Positions 28,703 to 37,477 of a stretch of DNA of 64,000 nucleotides are shown piece by piece; position 1 is the stretch's first letter; each line of letters begins with the position of its first letter. Below the pieces are notes generated by a model that saw only the letters and a program-made list of their open reading frames with translations, had not been told where the DNA came from and did no database searches. The DNA is from a virus. The stretch is taken from IMG/VR virus record IMGVR_UViG_3300049893_001204, positions 1 through 64,000 of that record; one strand, written 5' to 3'. The translations under genes were made by a program, and so were the position numbers.

Positions 28703-28888
28703 ATGACTGCACTCAACATTCGTAAGAACATTGGCGGTCTGCTCCATGCTACTGCATCAGCAGTGGAGCAGATCAAGGTACCTACCAAGCAGCAGCTTAA
28801 TGAGAAGGTAGATGAGTACCGCATTCGTGCGGCTGCACTCATCATGCCTAATGATGCTGCATTTGTTATTCCTGGAGCTAAGAAGTGA
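28703..28888 (+). CDS. Early hypothetical protein
   Basis: 61 aa. Confidence 0.55.
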   Translation: MTALNIRKNIGGLLHATASAVEQIKVPTKQQLNEKVDEYRIRAAALIMPNDAAFVIPGAKK

Positions 28889-29091
28889 AGAACGATTTTA
28901 CTGGAGCAGTAGTTGCCATTGCTATTGGCAACGGACTAGGCTTTCTTCTGTCCATTGCTGGACAGAAGATGATCAACAAGCATCAGATAGCTGTATGTCC
29001 GAGCAAACCTAATCATTCACTTGTGATGGTTAGGAGTGTAGTTGGTGACAGCTACTACTGCATTGCTGATAAGTACTTAGACAAGCACTGA
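28885..29091 (+). CDS. Early small membrane protein
   Basis: N-terminal hydrophobic helix, GTGA coupling. Confidence 0.55.
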   Translation: MKNDFTGAVVAIAIGNGLGFLLSIAGQKMINKHQIAVCPSKPNHSLVMVRSVVGDSYYCIADKYLDKH

Positions 29092-29146
29092 CGTTTGCAC
29101 ATTCCCTTGTGGTAACACAAGGGTTTCTGCAGACCTCACGTCTGCA
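29089..29146 (+). repeat. Structured element family C, copy 2
   Basis: TGA-C-GTTTGCA-CATT-CCCTTGTG-GTAA-CACAAGGG-TTTC-TGCAGAC-C-TCA-C-GTCTGCA. Confidence 0.85.
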
Positions 29147-29173
29147 CCAATTCAACTCAACCCAACTAGGACT

Positions 29174-29425
29174 ATGTCTCCTGCAAGTGTTGAATATCTG
29201 TTGACCCAAGATGCCAGGTTGCTGGCACGCAGGGATTCAACGCCTGCCCATCCTGCTATCGATGCAGAGATTGAGGACTGCCGTCAGGCAGCACTTGATC
29301 TTTACTTCAAGTGGCAAGATGGGACAGCACAGTTCCAGGAACTTACACCCTTTGTGGTGATCTTGGAGCGCAAGGTTGAATTAAACCGTGCACTCATCAA
29401 GTGGTTGAAGAACCACGAGGATTGA
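29174..29425 (+). CDS. Early hypothetical protein
   Basis: 83 aa. Confidence 0.6.
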   Translation: MSPASVEYLLTQDARLLARRDSTPAHPAIDAEIEDCRQAALDLYFKWQDGTAQFQELTPFVVILERKVELNRALIKWLKNHED

Positions 29426-29491
29426 TTCCTGTACTTAACCCTACCTATTCCATGTGATAGGTGGGTTTTCTACAGGACTTAACATCCTGTA
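29423..29491 (+). repeat. Structured element family C, copy 3
   Basis: TGA-T-TCCTGTA-CTTA-ACCCTACCTAT..ATAGGTGGGT-TTTC-TACAGGA-C-TTA-ACA-TCCTGTA. Confidence 0.85.
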
Positions 29492-29517
29492 CACCACAGC
29501 ACAACTCAGCACTAAAC

Positions 29518-29916
29518 ATGACTGAAGCCATCAAGAAGTATGCAGACTTCCAGCAAGTCGTCTTTCACGGACGCATTGCATACATGGAAGCTGTCAACTA
29601 TGACGGCAAAGAATTTCTTGCTGTTACGTTGATGCACACGTTGTCTGAGACAACGGATCTACGGATTCGTTTTACGAATGGCAACGGTCTTTTAACTGCC
29701 TACCGCAACGGTAATCTTGTGGTTGGTCAGGAGCTTACCATCAGTGGTAACATCAAGGGCATCCGTGCTTTCTACATGAAAGAGGATGAGCTTGTGCCAC
29801 TGAAGCATCCTGAGCTACAGGTCCGTTGCATGGGTTATGTCTTTGGTTCCAAGCCAGAGCAGAAACCTGAGGCAGTAGCAACAGCTGTGCCAACGCTGGA
29901 AGAAATTCCATTCTGA
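29518..29916 (+). CDS. SSB-like OB-fold protein with an EEIPF tail
   Basis: VVFHGRI...LVVGQELTISGNI...LEEIPF. Confidence 0.6.
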   Translation: MTEAIKKYADFQQVVFHGRIAYMEAVNYDGKEFLAVTLMHTLSETTDLRIRFTNGNGLLTAYRNGNLVVGQELTISGNIKGIRAFYMKEDELVPLKHPELQVRCMGYVFGSKPEQKPEAVATAVPTLEEIPF

Positions 29917-29980
29917 TTTCTGCACTAAACCCTGCCCATCGTTAGATGGGTGGGTTTTCTGCAGGACTCAACATCCTGCA
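29914..29980 (+). repeat. Structured element family C, copy 4
   Basis: TGA-T-TTCTGCA-CTAA-ACCCTGCCCATC-GTTA-GATGGGTGGGT-TTTC-TGCAGGA-C-TCA-ACA-TCCTGCA. Confidence 0.85.
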
Positions 29981-30005
29981 AACAGTCTACCCAACATCTC
30001 AACAC

Positions 30006-30269
30006 ATGCGATTATCAATTGATCAACATGATATCGACGAAGCTTGTGCTGAGTTCGGTATTTCTCAAAGCGACTATTACATAACGTGCACATCCAGTGC
30101 AATATATATGCACTGGGTAGCAACACCAGAGCAAATCAAGAAGTATTTTGAAACTGGACATTGTTGTTTATGCATAGATATAGGAGGTGAATGGATAATA
30201 TCTGATGAGGTAGAAGATTACAGAATGCCTAATCGTTTAACTGCATGCCGTTACATTCTTGATGCTTGA
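30006..30269 (+). CDS. Early hypothetical protein
   Basis: ATG after an A/C-rich leader. Confidence 0.55.
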   Translation: MRLSIDQHDIDEACAEFGISQSDYYITCTSSAIYMHWVATPEQIKKYFETGHCCLCIDIGGEWIISDEVEDYRMPNRLTACRYILDA

Positions 30270-30270
30270 T

Positions 30271-30471
30271 ATGAAACACATAGTTTCACTAGGCAACAAC
30301 CGCTATGTACACCTCGATTCTTATGGTGAGTCTTCTAAGACTCGAGCCGTAAGTCAGGTGATGGTTGTTGCCTTTGCACTTGTCATTGCCTGCATTACAG
30401 TGCCTGCACTGGTAGGCATTGACATTACCAACATCAACTCAACACAGAACCATGACAACATTAAGCGTTAA
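30271..30471 (+). CDS. Small membrane protein
   Basis: One TM segment. Confidence 0.5.
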   Translation: MKHIVSLGNNRYVHLDSYGESSKTRAVSQVMVVAFALVIACITVPALVGIDITNINSTQNHDNIKR

Positions 30472-30802
30472 CACTGCACTAATTGAAGAACGTCTGCAGC
30501 AGCTTATTACTGCACTCATCAAACAGTTTGATGAATACAGCAGACGAAACTATGGACATCCAAGTGATACTCATTACTTGTCCTTTGAGATTGTCAAAGG
30601 TACCAAGTATTACAAGCTCATTATGAGGCAAGGTACTGGTACATCGGTGCATGCATTTATCAGTCGTCAGACTGGTGCCATGTACAAACCAGCTAGCTGG
30701 AAAGCACCTGCCAAGCACGTCCGGTACAATCTGCTGGATGACACATCATTTGCTGAGTGTCTACGCAGAGCTGACTGGGCTGGTGGGTATCTATACCTAT
30801 GA
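30452..30802 (+). CDS. Conserved cyanophage hypothetical protein
   Basis: GTKYYKL...SVHAFI...TGAMYKPASWKAPAKHVRYNL. Confidence 0.7.
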   Translation: MTTLSVNTALIEERLQQLITALIKQFDEYSRRNYGHPSDTHYLSFEIVKGTKYYKLIMRQGTGTSVHAFISRQTGAMYKPASWKAPAKHVRYNLLDDTSFAECLRRADWAGGYLYL

Positions 30803-30851
30803 GCTTTATCAGTATTCCAGGTAACTAACGTTTACCAGGAATCCAACTAAC

Positions 30852-30891
30852 TGCTGGGCATCCATGGATATACATGGTGTAAGTCCCAGCA
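30852..30891 (+). repeat. Structured element family A, copy 2
   Basis: TGCTGGG-CAT-CCATG-GATATA-CATGG-TGTAAGT-CCCAGCA. Confidence 0.85.
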
Positions 30892-30907
30892 AATCACAAC
30901 TCCTCCT

Positions 30908-31285
30908 ATGAAGGGACGCATTTCAATCCTCAAAGAAGATCGCATCTGGCAGCTGAGAACACAAGGTTATTGCTATGACACAATCGCACAGATTGTCAAT
31001 TGCAAACCTGGTTCAGTTCCAGCTGCACTTAAACGTACAAGACAACGTCCACCACTGGCACAAGATCCAGTAAAACGTGGACGTGTACGTGGCTTTCTAT
31101 CTGATGATCAGATCTCTGACATCAGAAAACGCAAAGCACTAGGTGAAACATTACATTCCATTGCAGGTGACTATCACATTGAGATATCATCTGTGTGGAA
31201 TATTGTAACCTACAACTCTTACAAGGAACCATCAGGTGATTCTGGTTACCCATTCAAGTTTGGTAACCGCCTGATGCATGGTTAA
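30908..31285 (+). CDS. Tandem HTH DNA-binding protein
   Basis: LRTQGYCYDTIAQIVNC and LSDDQISDIR...GETLHSIAGDYHI. Confidence 0.6.
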   Translation: MKGRISILKEDRIWQLRTQGYCYDTIAQIVNCKPGSVPAALKRTRQRPPLAQDPVKRGRVRGFLSDDQISDIRKRKALGETLHSIAGDYHIEISSVWNIVTYNSYKEPSGDSGYPFKFGNRLMHG

Positions 31286-31286
31286 T

Positions 31287-31318
31287 ACCTGGGCATCCTT
31301 ATGGTGTAAGTCCCAGGT
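31287..31318 (+). repeat. Structured element family A, copy 3
   Basis: ACCTGGG-CAT-CC-TTAT-GG-TGTAAGT-CCCAGGT. Confidence 0.85.
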
Positions 31319-31346
31319 TGTTTACAACTCACACAAGTTTACTGCA

Positions 31347-31478
31347 ATGGACTCAAATCAATTTGAAAATGACATTCCTTCTGATGCATTAGATGCATTA
31401 GCTGATCTTGCCTATGAGCAAGAAGAAGCAATGAGGGAAGAACTTAACCAACCGGAGGTTTATGATGACCAAACATGA
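31347..31478 (+). CDS. Small acidic protein
   Basis: MDSNQFEND... Confidence 0.5.
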   Translation: MDSNQFENDIPSDALDALADLAYEQEEAMREELNQPEVYDDQT

Positions 31479-31565
31479 CTACACCTTTGAGCAGGCATGG
31501 GATGATGGCGACATCATCATCATTCTGCTCACAATCATTTCACTTATCATCACGGAAATTGGATC

Positions 31566-31913
31566 ATGTCTAGTGCCAAGCACTCAACAGCAACAGCACG
31601 TAAGTGGATTGCTGTCTACAACACATTCAAAGAGTGTGTTGGCAGAGAACCAACCACCATCTGTGTCTACGAATGCAGCACTGCATATGGAGGACCACAA
31701 GAAGGAGGTTGGTACTACGAAACCGGCTGGCCGCTCAAGACGATCTGCGTCTTCTCCAAAAAGCAAGCCATCCGTGAAGCCATCCGAGCGGAAGCGGAAA
31801 CCGAAGAGCAACTTGGTAATCGCAAAGACTATCTCGGATGGAACGCCTGGTGTGTTAACTTCGACGTTGAGTACGCCAAGCCGTACCCAGAAGAACGTCC
31901 TTACTATTGCTGA
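31566..31913 (+). CDS. Conserved phage hypothetical protein
   Basis: YGGPQEGGWYY...YPEERPYYC. Confidence 0.65.
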   Translation: MSSAKHSTATARKWIAVYNTFKECVGREPTTICVYECSTAYGGPQEGGWYYETGWPLKTICVFSKKQAIREAIRAEAETEEQLGNRKDYLGWNAWCVNFDVEYAKPYPEERPYYC

Positions 31914-31918
31914 TACCA

Positions 31919-32152
31919 ATGCAAACAATTGGACAGAATCTCACAATCAACCAGCGTAATCTATATCTGTATTACTTGAATCATAAGAAGAAGAACAAGA
32001 ATGCCGTATGCTTTGTTCCAAAGATGCCAATGCAATCAACCCGCATGCAAGACTACTTGCGTGCGATAGAAGCTTTAGAAGAGAAGAAGCTTATAGCTGT
32101 GGACAGAAGCTCAGATAATTACACTGGCTGGATCATTCGAGATCCAAAATAA
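31919..32152 (+). CDS. Putative winged-helix protein
   Basis: LTINQRNLY...AIEALEEKKLIAV. Confidence 0.45.
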   Translation: MQTIGQNLTINQRNLYLYYLNHKKKNKNAVCFVPKMPMQSTRMQDYLRAIEALEEKKLIAVDRSSDNYTGWIIRDPK

Positions 32153-32220
32153 TTACCAGGTAATGCCAGATAGATACTGGCCTACCTGCTACACAACCCA
32201 CTGCTATTTAACACAACACC

Positions 32221-32502
32221 ATGGCATTATCCCTTGAGCAACAACTGATTGGTGATCTGATGGGATACCAGCCCATGACACCAGAAGAAGCTGCAAAACC
32301 AGCGGACACATCACTGTGCAACCGTAAGGTTGAGATGCGTGATGGCTGGCCTCACATCATGTGGCGTAAGGAATGGACTCCAGTTCCAACGATGGAAGAG
32401 TTGGAGGAATGGACGTTTGATTCCGTATGTTTGACACCAGATGAAGATGAGGTGGAACCAGATGATGTACACTCGTGGCTTAGTATTCTTGGTTTAATCT
32501 AA
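32221..32502 (+). CDS. Hypothetical protein
   Basis: DSVCLTPD..VEPD..SWLSILGLI, a pattern seen in phage proteins. Confidence 0.6.
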   Translation: MALSLEQQLIGDLMGYQPMTPEEAAKPADTSLCNRKVEMRDGWPHIMWRKEWTPVPTMEELEEWTFDSVCLTPDEDEVEPDDVHSWLSILGLI

Positions 32503-32882
32503 TGCCTTATAAAGATCCGGACAAAAAGCGTGAGTATGATCGCATACGTCGTCAAACTCACAAAGACCAGATCGCCGGTAATAAACGTAAATGGTCAAAT
32601 GAAAATCGTGACAAGGTACGTTTAAGAAGTCAACGGCGACGAAAAGAGGATCCAGATTATTTTAAAAGATATCATGCAAATCAAGACCCTATTAAACGCA
32701 AAGCTAGGCACATGATTACAAATCGTGTGCGATCTGGCAAAATGCCAAGTTGTTCAGTATTTACTTGTGCAGATTGCAACAAGAAAGCTGAACATTACCA
32801 TCATGAATCGTATGAACAATGGTGGGCTGTTGTTGCTTTGTGTCAAGAGTGTCATTACCGTAGACACCAAAAACCAATTTGA
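32502..32882 (+). CDS. HNH-like endonuclease
   Basis: CADC...HYHH..Y...LCQECH. Confidence 0.7.
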   Translation: MPYKDPDKKREYDRIRRQTHKDQIAGNKRKWSNENRDKVRLRSQRRRKEDPDYFKRYHANQDPIKRKARHMITNRVRSGKMPSCSVFTCADCNKKAEHYHHESYEQWWAVVALCQECHYRRHQKPI

Positions 32883-32949
32883 TATTAGCAACAACTACGT
32901 GAGCCAGATCATCCGCATAGCTGGCTGCGTATACTGGGCATGATCTAAC

Positions 32950-33000
32950 ACTTAGGCATTCACATTATCACACTAGTGTTATGTGATGTAAGTCCTAAGT
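32950..33000 (+). repeat. Structured element family A, copy 4
   Basis: ACTTAGG-CAT-TCACAT...ATGTGA-TGTAAGT-CCTAAGT, compensatory changes in both stems. Confidence 0.85.
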
Positions 33001-33027
33001 ACACAGCTAACACAACACAACAACACC

Positions 33028-33384
33028 ATGGGACGTAGCAAGAAATCTGATGGGCCCTCACCAGATTATCCCCAAGGTCTACACAATGTCACATTTAAAG
33101 ACATTAGCGAAGATGATTGGTGGTTAATCATTCATCTGTTTGAAGGACGCATTGAATACTTTCAACGGAGGTTGAATGACATCATGCAGACTGGAGACCC
33201 TGACTTGATGGATAACACAACTCAGTGGTACAGAGAATCAATTGCACGTCTGACCAAGAGACTAACTGAGTTTGAAGATCAGATTAGTCCTGTTTACTTC
33301 AGACGTAAACGTGCAGAGAAAGCTGCGCGATGCAAGCAGTACAACCTACCTATTGACAAGAACGATCTAACAACTAGAACTTGA
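33028..33384 (+). CDS. Early hypothetical protein
   Basis: 118 aa. Confidence 0.6.
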   Translation: MGRSKKSDGPSPDYPQGLHNVTFKDISEDDWWLIIHLFEGRIEYFQRRLNDIMQTGDPDLMDNTTQWYRESIARLTKRLTEFEDQISPVYFRRKRAEKAARCKQYNLPIDKNDLTTRT

Positions 33385-33388
33385 TAAG

Positions 33389-33418
33389 CCTGGGCATCCG
33401 TAAGGTGTAAGTCCCAGG
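33389..33418 (+). repeat. Structured element family A, copy 5
   Basis: CCTGGG-CAT-CC-GTAA-GG-TGTAAGT-CCCAGG. Confidence 0.85.
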
Positions 33419-33449
33419 GTTTACAATCTATTCACAACATAACAACACC

Positions 33450-33776
33450 ATGCCGCAAGATCAACTGCATTTTGAACCAGAGGTATTCCGTTCTTATAAC
33501 GGTAATGAGGTTGTGCTTCAGATGAATGAAGCCAAACGCATTGACCTAATCATCAAAGAACTGCAGGCTATCTATGCAAGAGAGGAGAAACGTAATCACA
33601 TGTACCTGCATTTTCCATATGAAGCACCAGAGCTTTTGTTGGAAGCCATTGAGCTGCTTGAGAAAGCAACTGAGTGGGGTGAACCATCAGATGGTTATCT
33701 GACAGGTGAACCACCACTGACTGCAGATGAAATGCACACAGCAGCATGGAAGCAGCACCAGGAGTTGCACTCATAA
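33450..33776 (+). CDS. Early hypothetical protein
   Basis: 108 aa. Confidence 0.6.
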   Translation: MPQDQLHFEPEVFRSYNGNEVVLQMNEAKRIDLIIKELQAIYAREEKRNHMYLHFPYEAPELLLEAIELLEKATEWGEPSDGYLTGEPPLTADEMHTAAWKQHQELHS

Positions 33777-33955
33777 GTTGAGTAGTATTACTCACAGCAT
33801 GAGTAGAGGGTGTACCCCCAGACCCCCAGAGGGTACCAGGGGGGCACCCTTATTTCTATAAGGTAAACCTATGTATCTAACCATTACACATTAGATACAA
33901 CCCTTGACTACCCTGATAGACTACCCTCGTTCACTCATCTAACTTCACTTCACTT

Positions 33956-34159
33956 ATGTCTGATCAATTACGTATTCCTGATTCAATAGATAACCAACGA
34001 CTTGCTGCTATGCGTTTAGTTGCTCACCTTAAAGAGCAAGCAGATAAGTCAGGTGTTGGATTCATTGGGGGCTTTATTGCCCCCAATGGAGAAAAGTTTG
34101 TCATGTCCAATATGGATGATGAGGACATGCAGATGTTACTTCCTGATGAACTTCAGTGA
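33956..34159 (+). CDS. Hypothetical protein
   Basis: 67 aa, TAGACT upstream. Confidence 0.6.
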   Translation: MSDQLRIPDSIDNQRLAAMRLVAHLKEQADKSGVGFIGGFIAPNGEKFVMSNMDDEDMQMLLPDELQ

Positions 34160-34464
34160 CAACCATGACAACTACACACAAACTTATTGAACAAGTCATC
34201 AGCTCTTTCGAATTTGAAAAAGTGTTAATCACTATGCAAGCATTGGATTGGAAATGGAGAGATCCAAATACTAAAGAGATGCATGTACCTACTATTGCTC
34301 GCATGAAAGCAATGGCAACAAACCTGTTGTTCTCATCGATAGAAAACACATGCTGTGGCTCTGGTGGTTTTGAAGCTACATACACAGAACCAACAGAGCA
34401 TGAGCCAGAGTCATTTGAACTCAAGTTTATTGTTACCGAAATGAACACAAATTCCAATGCCTAA
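34156..34464 (+). CDS. Hypothetical protein
   Basis: FEFEKV..TM.ALDWKW...GSGGFEA. Confidence 0.6.
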   Translation: MTTMTTTHKLIEQVISSFEFEKVLITMQALDWKWRDPNTKEMHVPTIARMKAMATNLLFSSIENTCCGSGGFEATYTEPTEHEPESFELKFIVTEMNTNSNA

Positions 34465-34654
34465 GAAATCATCAATCAATTTCGACAAGACAATCCTGGG
34501 ATTTAACATTACAGAACATGGTGTTAAGTCTTATACCAAGTCGATCAAGCTTGGTCCATTCCAGGTAACATTGAATGCACGTGACTCAGGTGTACGTGCG
34601 TCAGTAGCATTGCCTGGTACAGGATTGTCTAAACGAAACATTAAATTATTCTAA
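34457..34654 (+). CDS. DUF4236-like protein
   Basis: KSIKLGPFQVTLN...SVALPGTGLS. Confidence 0.55.
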   Translation: MPKKSSINFDKTILGFNITEHGVKSYTKSIKLGPFQVTLNARDSGVRASVALPGTGLSKRNIKLF

Positions 34655-34690
34655 AGATCTGGGCATCCTTACGGTGTAAGTCCCAGGTCT
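34655..34690 (+). repeat. Structured element family A, copy 6
   Basis: AGATCTGGG-CAT-CC-TTAC-GG-TGTAAGT-CCCAGGTCT. Confidence 0.85.
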
Positions 34691-34712
34691 GTTCACCTAC
34701 CAATTCAATTCC

Positions 34713-34898
34713 ATGGATCAAATCACTTTGTTTGACAGAGTTAATCTTGCTAACTGCGCAATGCGCAGGGCAGAGGAGCATCTCTCAGATGCTGAACGCT
34801 TTACTGCGGAGTTTCAGACGGTACGTGCTTGGACTAAATACCGTTGCAACATCTACAAGTACGACAATCGTATTGTTGCTTACACGGAGTCAAACTGA
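34713..34898 (+). CDS. Hypothetical protein
   Basis: 61 aa, TGATG coupling. Confidence 0.55.
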   Translation: MDQITLFDRVNLANCAMRRAEEHLSDAERFTAEFQTVRAWTKYRCNIYKYDNRIVAYTESN

Positions 34899-35161
34899 TG
34901 GCATGCACTGTCCTTGCAATTGAAGAGACTACGATCAATGGATCTGATGTCACAGTTACAGCAATGGTTGAAGACATGCGTCTTCTATACCGTGCAACAT
35001 ATACAGATCCTGAGGAATGGGCTCCTGCATTATGCAGAGCTTCTTTCCAGCTGGCTGATGACGAACAGATTCCTACTGATGAAGATGGCTTCTGCCATTT
35101 CTTGTATCAGTTGGATCTTGAATGGCAACTGGTTGACACATCTGATTGGAGTTTAGACTAA
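34898..35161 (+). CDS. Acidic hypothetical protein
   Basis: ATYTDPEEWAPALC. Confidence 0.6.
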   Translation: MACTVLAIEETTINGSDVTVTAMVEDMRLLYRATYTDPEEWAPALCRASFQLADDEQIPTDEDGFCHFLYQLDLEWQLVDTSDWSLD

Positions 35162-35379
35162 TGCTTGGCTTTTCAATAGAATTCAAACGCTGGTACATTG
35201 TACTGCGTGGCCCCAGGGGTAGGGTTTACCTTGCCACTGGGTTTGCTAAGCAGTTGCCATTTTATGTATCACCAACACAAGCTGCAGCATTCGATGCTGC
35301 AGTAGATGATACACATTGTGCAATACTTGCAGATGAATGGCGTGAAGACGATAATGAAGATGAAGAAATAGAGAACTGA
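35161..35379 (+). CDS. Hypothetical protein
   Basis: TAATG coupling. Confidence 0.55.
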   Translation: MLGFSIEFKRWYIVLRGPRGRVYLATGFAKQLPFYVSPTQAAAFDAAVDDTHCAILADEWREDDNEDEEIEN

Positions 35380-35383
35380 TCAC

Positions 35384-35414
35384 ACGTCCTAGGTCATGAC
35401 GTTAAACTGACCTA
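35384..35414 (+). repeat. Pseudoknot family B, copy 1
   Basis: ACGTC-C-TAGGTCA-T-GACGT-TAAAC-TGACCTA. Confidence 0.85.
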
Positions 35415-35440
35415 CACTACAAACTCAATCCACACCAACC

Positions 35441-37189
35441 ATGCAATTCCGTCTGCCTGACAATCTGCAAACTGAGCTGCTTGCTTATGACCCAAGCCTT
35501 AAGACATTGGCTAAGCAACAGAAAGCTGCTGCTTCAGCAACTAAGAAGACAACACATCCACTTGGTAACCCATATGATTTAATCCCAGTGGATATTGTAT
35601 CTAAAGATACACTTGCTACTGCAATTGAACGTATTAATCGCATGGCTGCTAAGTTTCGTTATTATGTGTTTAATAGGTTTGAAACAATTGATAACCAACC
35701 TATACAGATTACTTATGCCATTATCTATTACTACGCACAATGTTGGTATGCAGCATGGCTTCCACCTGCTGACCAACGTGATAAGTATGTATATGGTTAT
35801 CGATATGCATTCAAGAATACTGAGGCTGCACGCAAAGCTATGTCGCATGCAGTAAAAGGTAAGATAGATCAACATCAAGAAATTAAGTATGGTCGCTCAA
35901 CCTTTTACATTTATGGTGAGACGGTTACCTTAGAGCAGATCAAGACAACACCATCAAACGAACTGCAATACGGATGGAACCTAGCTGGTGTGCCAACGTA
36001 TTACCAAAAGTCTGGTGAGATGCGACGCGCTTGTATCAATGAATTCTACAAGTCATTGTCATTGTTTATACCTACGTGGCAAGATAGCCGTGAAATCTTT
36101 GAGCGTGTTCGTAATCAACATTGCATTGCATCATTGTTGATTAGTTATTCAGACCTTAACATTTCCTATTGGGATACAGTTGACAAGAATACTTGGGTAC
36201 CATCACATGAATCATTGCTTAACTTGATTGACTACAATGTAATCTATGCAGAAAACCTGGGTTATAGCAGAGGCTATGAGTATAAAAGATTACACAAGAT
36301 CAAGCACATTATTAATACACCATTCTTTAAGAAATGGATAGAAGAACAATGTGCATTAGTTATGACGCGTATTAACGATAGTTCAATTACAGATTCAAAG
36401 CTAGTTGCTGCGCCATGGAAAACAATCATTGCTTTGTTGACTGCAATATATGGCATTCATAGTGTATGGGATGACTGTCCTATTGATTACTATCAATCAC
36501 ATATGTCTGCATTGATTGCTAGTGGTAATTGTTTTTCATACGCAAGTAACCTAGTTCAGAAGTGGTTGAAAGATAACATGCCTGTTGCATCATTCTTTAA
36601 GATAGTTGAGAAGTCATACGTTAAAGAATTAGCAGGCAATATGTATTTTGATAGAGATATTCAACATCACACGTATCGTTTGCATGAATGGCGTGACACT
36701 ATGAACATGCTAACTAATATACTTAACAAGCAAGATACATTTGATCCGCCTAGCCGCTGGCGTATTGAAGAGTTCCATGACCATGTGCAATCAACTGCAT
36801 GGAAACTAAACAATGAGAACCAATCATTACCACAAGATTTGTTTCCAACACCAATTAAGATTTCACTTGGTGAATCAACATGGACATTCTTCCAGCCCAT
36901 TGATACACATCAACTTGCAGCTTGGGGCCAGGCCGTACGTAACTGCGTTGGCTCTGCATCAGGCTATGCAGAAGGTGTACGCAAGAAGAAACATTTCATT
37001 GTACTGTGCATGATTGATAACAAGCCTGTGTTTACCATCCAGCTAGATGTCAACAATGGCGTCATGAATGTTAATCAAATTAAGGGGGTATCCAACACAT
37101 CACTTAAACCTGAACAACAAGAATTGTATACAACTGCATTCAGTCAGGCATTGAAAGCCAGGGATGCTGAGCTAGCATCTAAGAGCTGA
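35441..37189 (+). CDS. PcfJ-like domain protein
   Basis: C-terminal EFHD...L..WGQAVRNCVG...Y...FTIQL...QIKG. Confidence 0.7.
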   Translation: MQFRLPDNLQTELLAYDPSLKTLAKQQKAAASATKKTTHPLGNPYDLIPVDIVSKDTLATAIERINRMAAKFRYYVFNRFETIDNQPIQITYAIIYYYAQCWYAAWLPPADQRDKYVYGYRYAFKNTEAARKAMSHAVKGKIDQHQEIKYGRSTFYIYGETVTLEQIKTTPSNELQYGWNLAGVPTYYQKSGEMRRACINEFYKSLSLFIPTWQDSREIFERVRNQHCIASLLISYSDLNISYWDTVDKNTWVPSHESLLNLIDYNVIYAENLGYSRGYEYKRLHKIKHIINTPFFKKWIEEQCALVMTRINDSSITDSKLVAAPWKTIIALLTAIYGIHSVWDDCPIDYYQSHMSALIASGNCFSYASNLVQKWLKDNMPVASFFKIVEKSYVKELAGNMYFDRDIQHHTYRLHEWRDTMNMLTNILNKQDTFDPPSRWRIEEFHDHVQSTAWKLNNENQSLPQDLFPTPIKISLGESTWTFFQPIDTHQLAAWGQAVRNCVGSASGYAEGVRKKKHFIVLCMIDNKPVFTIQLDVNNGVMNVNQIKGVSNTSLKPEQQELYTTAFSQALKARDAELASKS

Positions 37190-37237
37190 AGCCACAGCAA
37201 GGCCATCGTATGCTTGGCATAGGTGGCCTTTTCTTTC

Positions 37238-37477
37238 ATGCCTGACTACACTGATGAACAGCTGCTTGCCATGGCAATGGCAAACATTGGTGAATACATT
37301 CATGATCACTCACCACACTATGTACTGATTGAAGATCCTCGTAATGAGGATGACTATGATACATGGGATTATGGTACTGAGCCATTACCTCATGATCACA
37401 CTTGGCATTCAACTGCAATCACAGTTGATGTAAGTCCAAGTGATGCCGGCGTAGCCCAATCGGAAGAAGGCAAGTGA
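37238..37477 (+). CDS. Small acidic hypothetical protein (3' end overlaps tRNA-Leu)
   Basis: MPDYTDEQLLAMAM... Confidence 0.5.
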   Translation: MPDYTDEQLLAMAMANIGEYIHDHSPHYVLIEDPRNEDDYDTWDYGTEPLPHDHTWHSTAITVDVSPSDAGVAQSEEGK

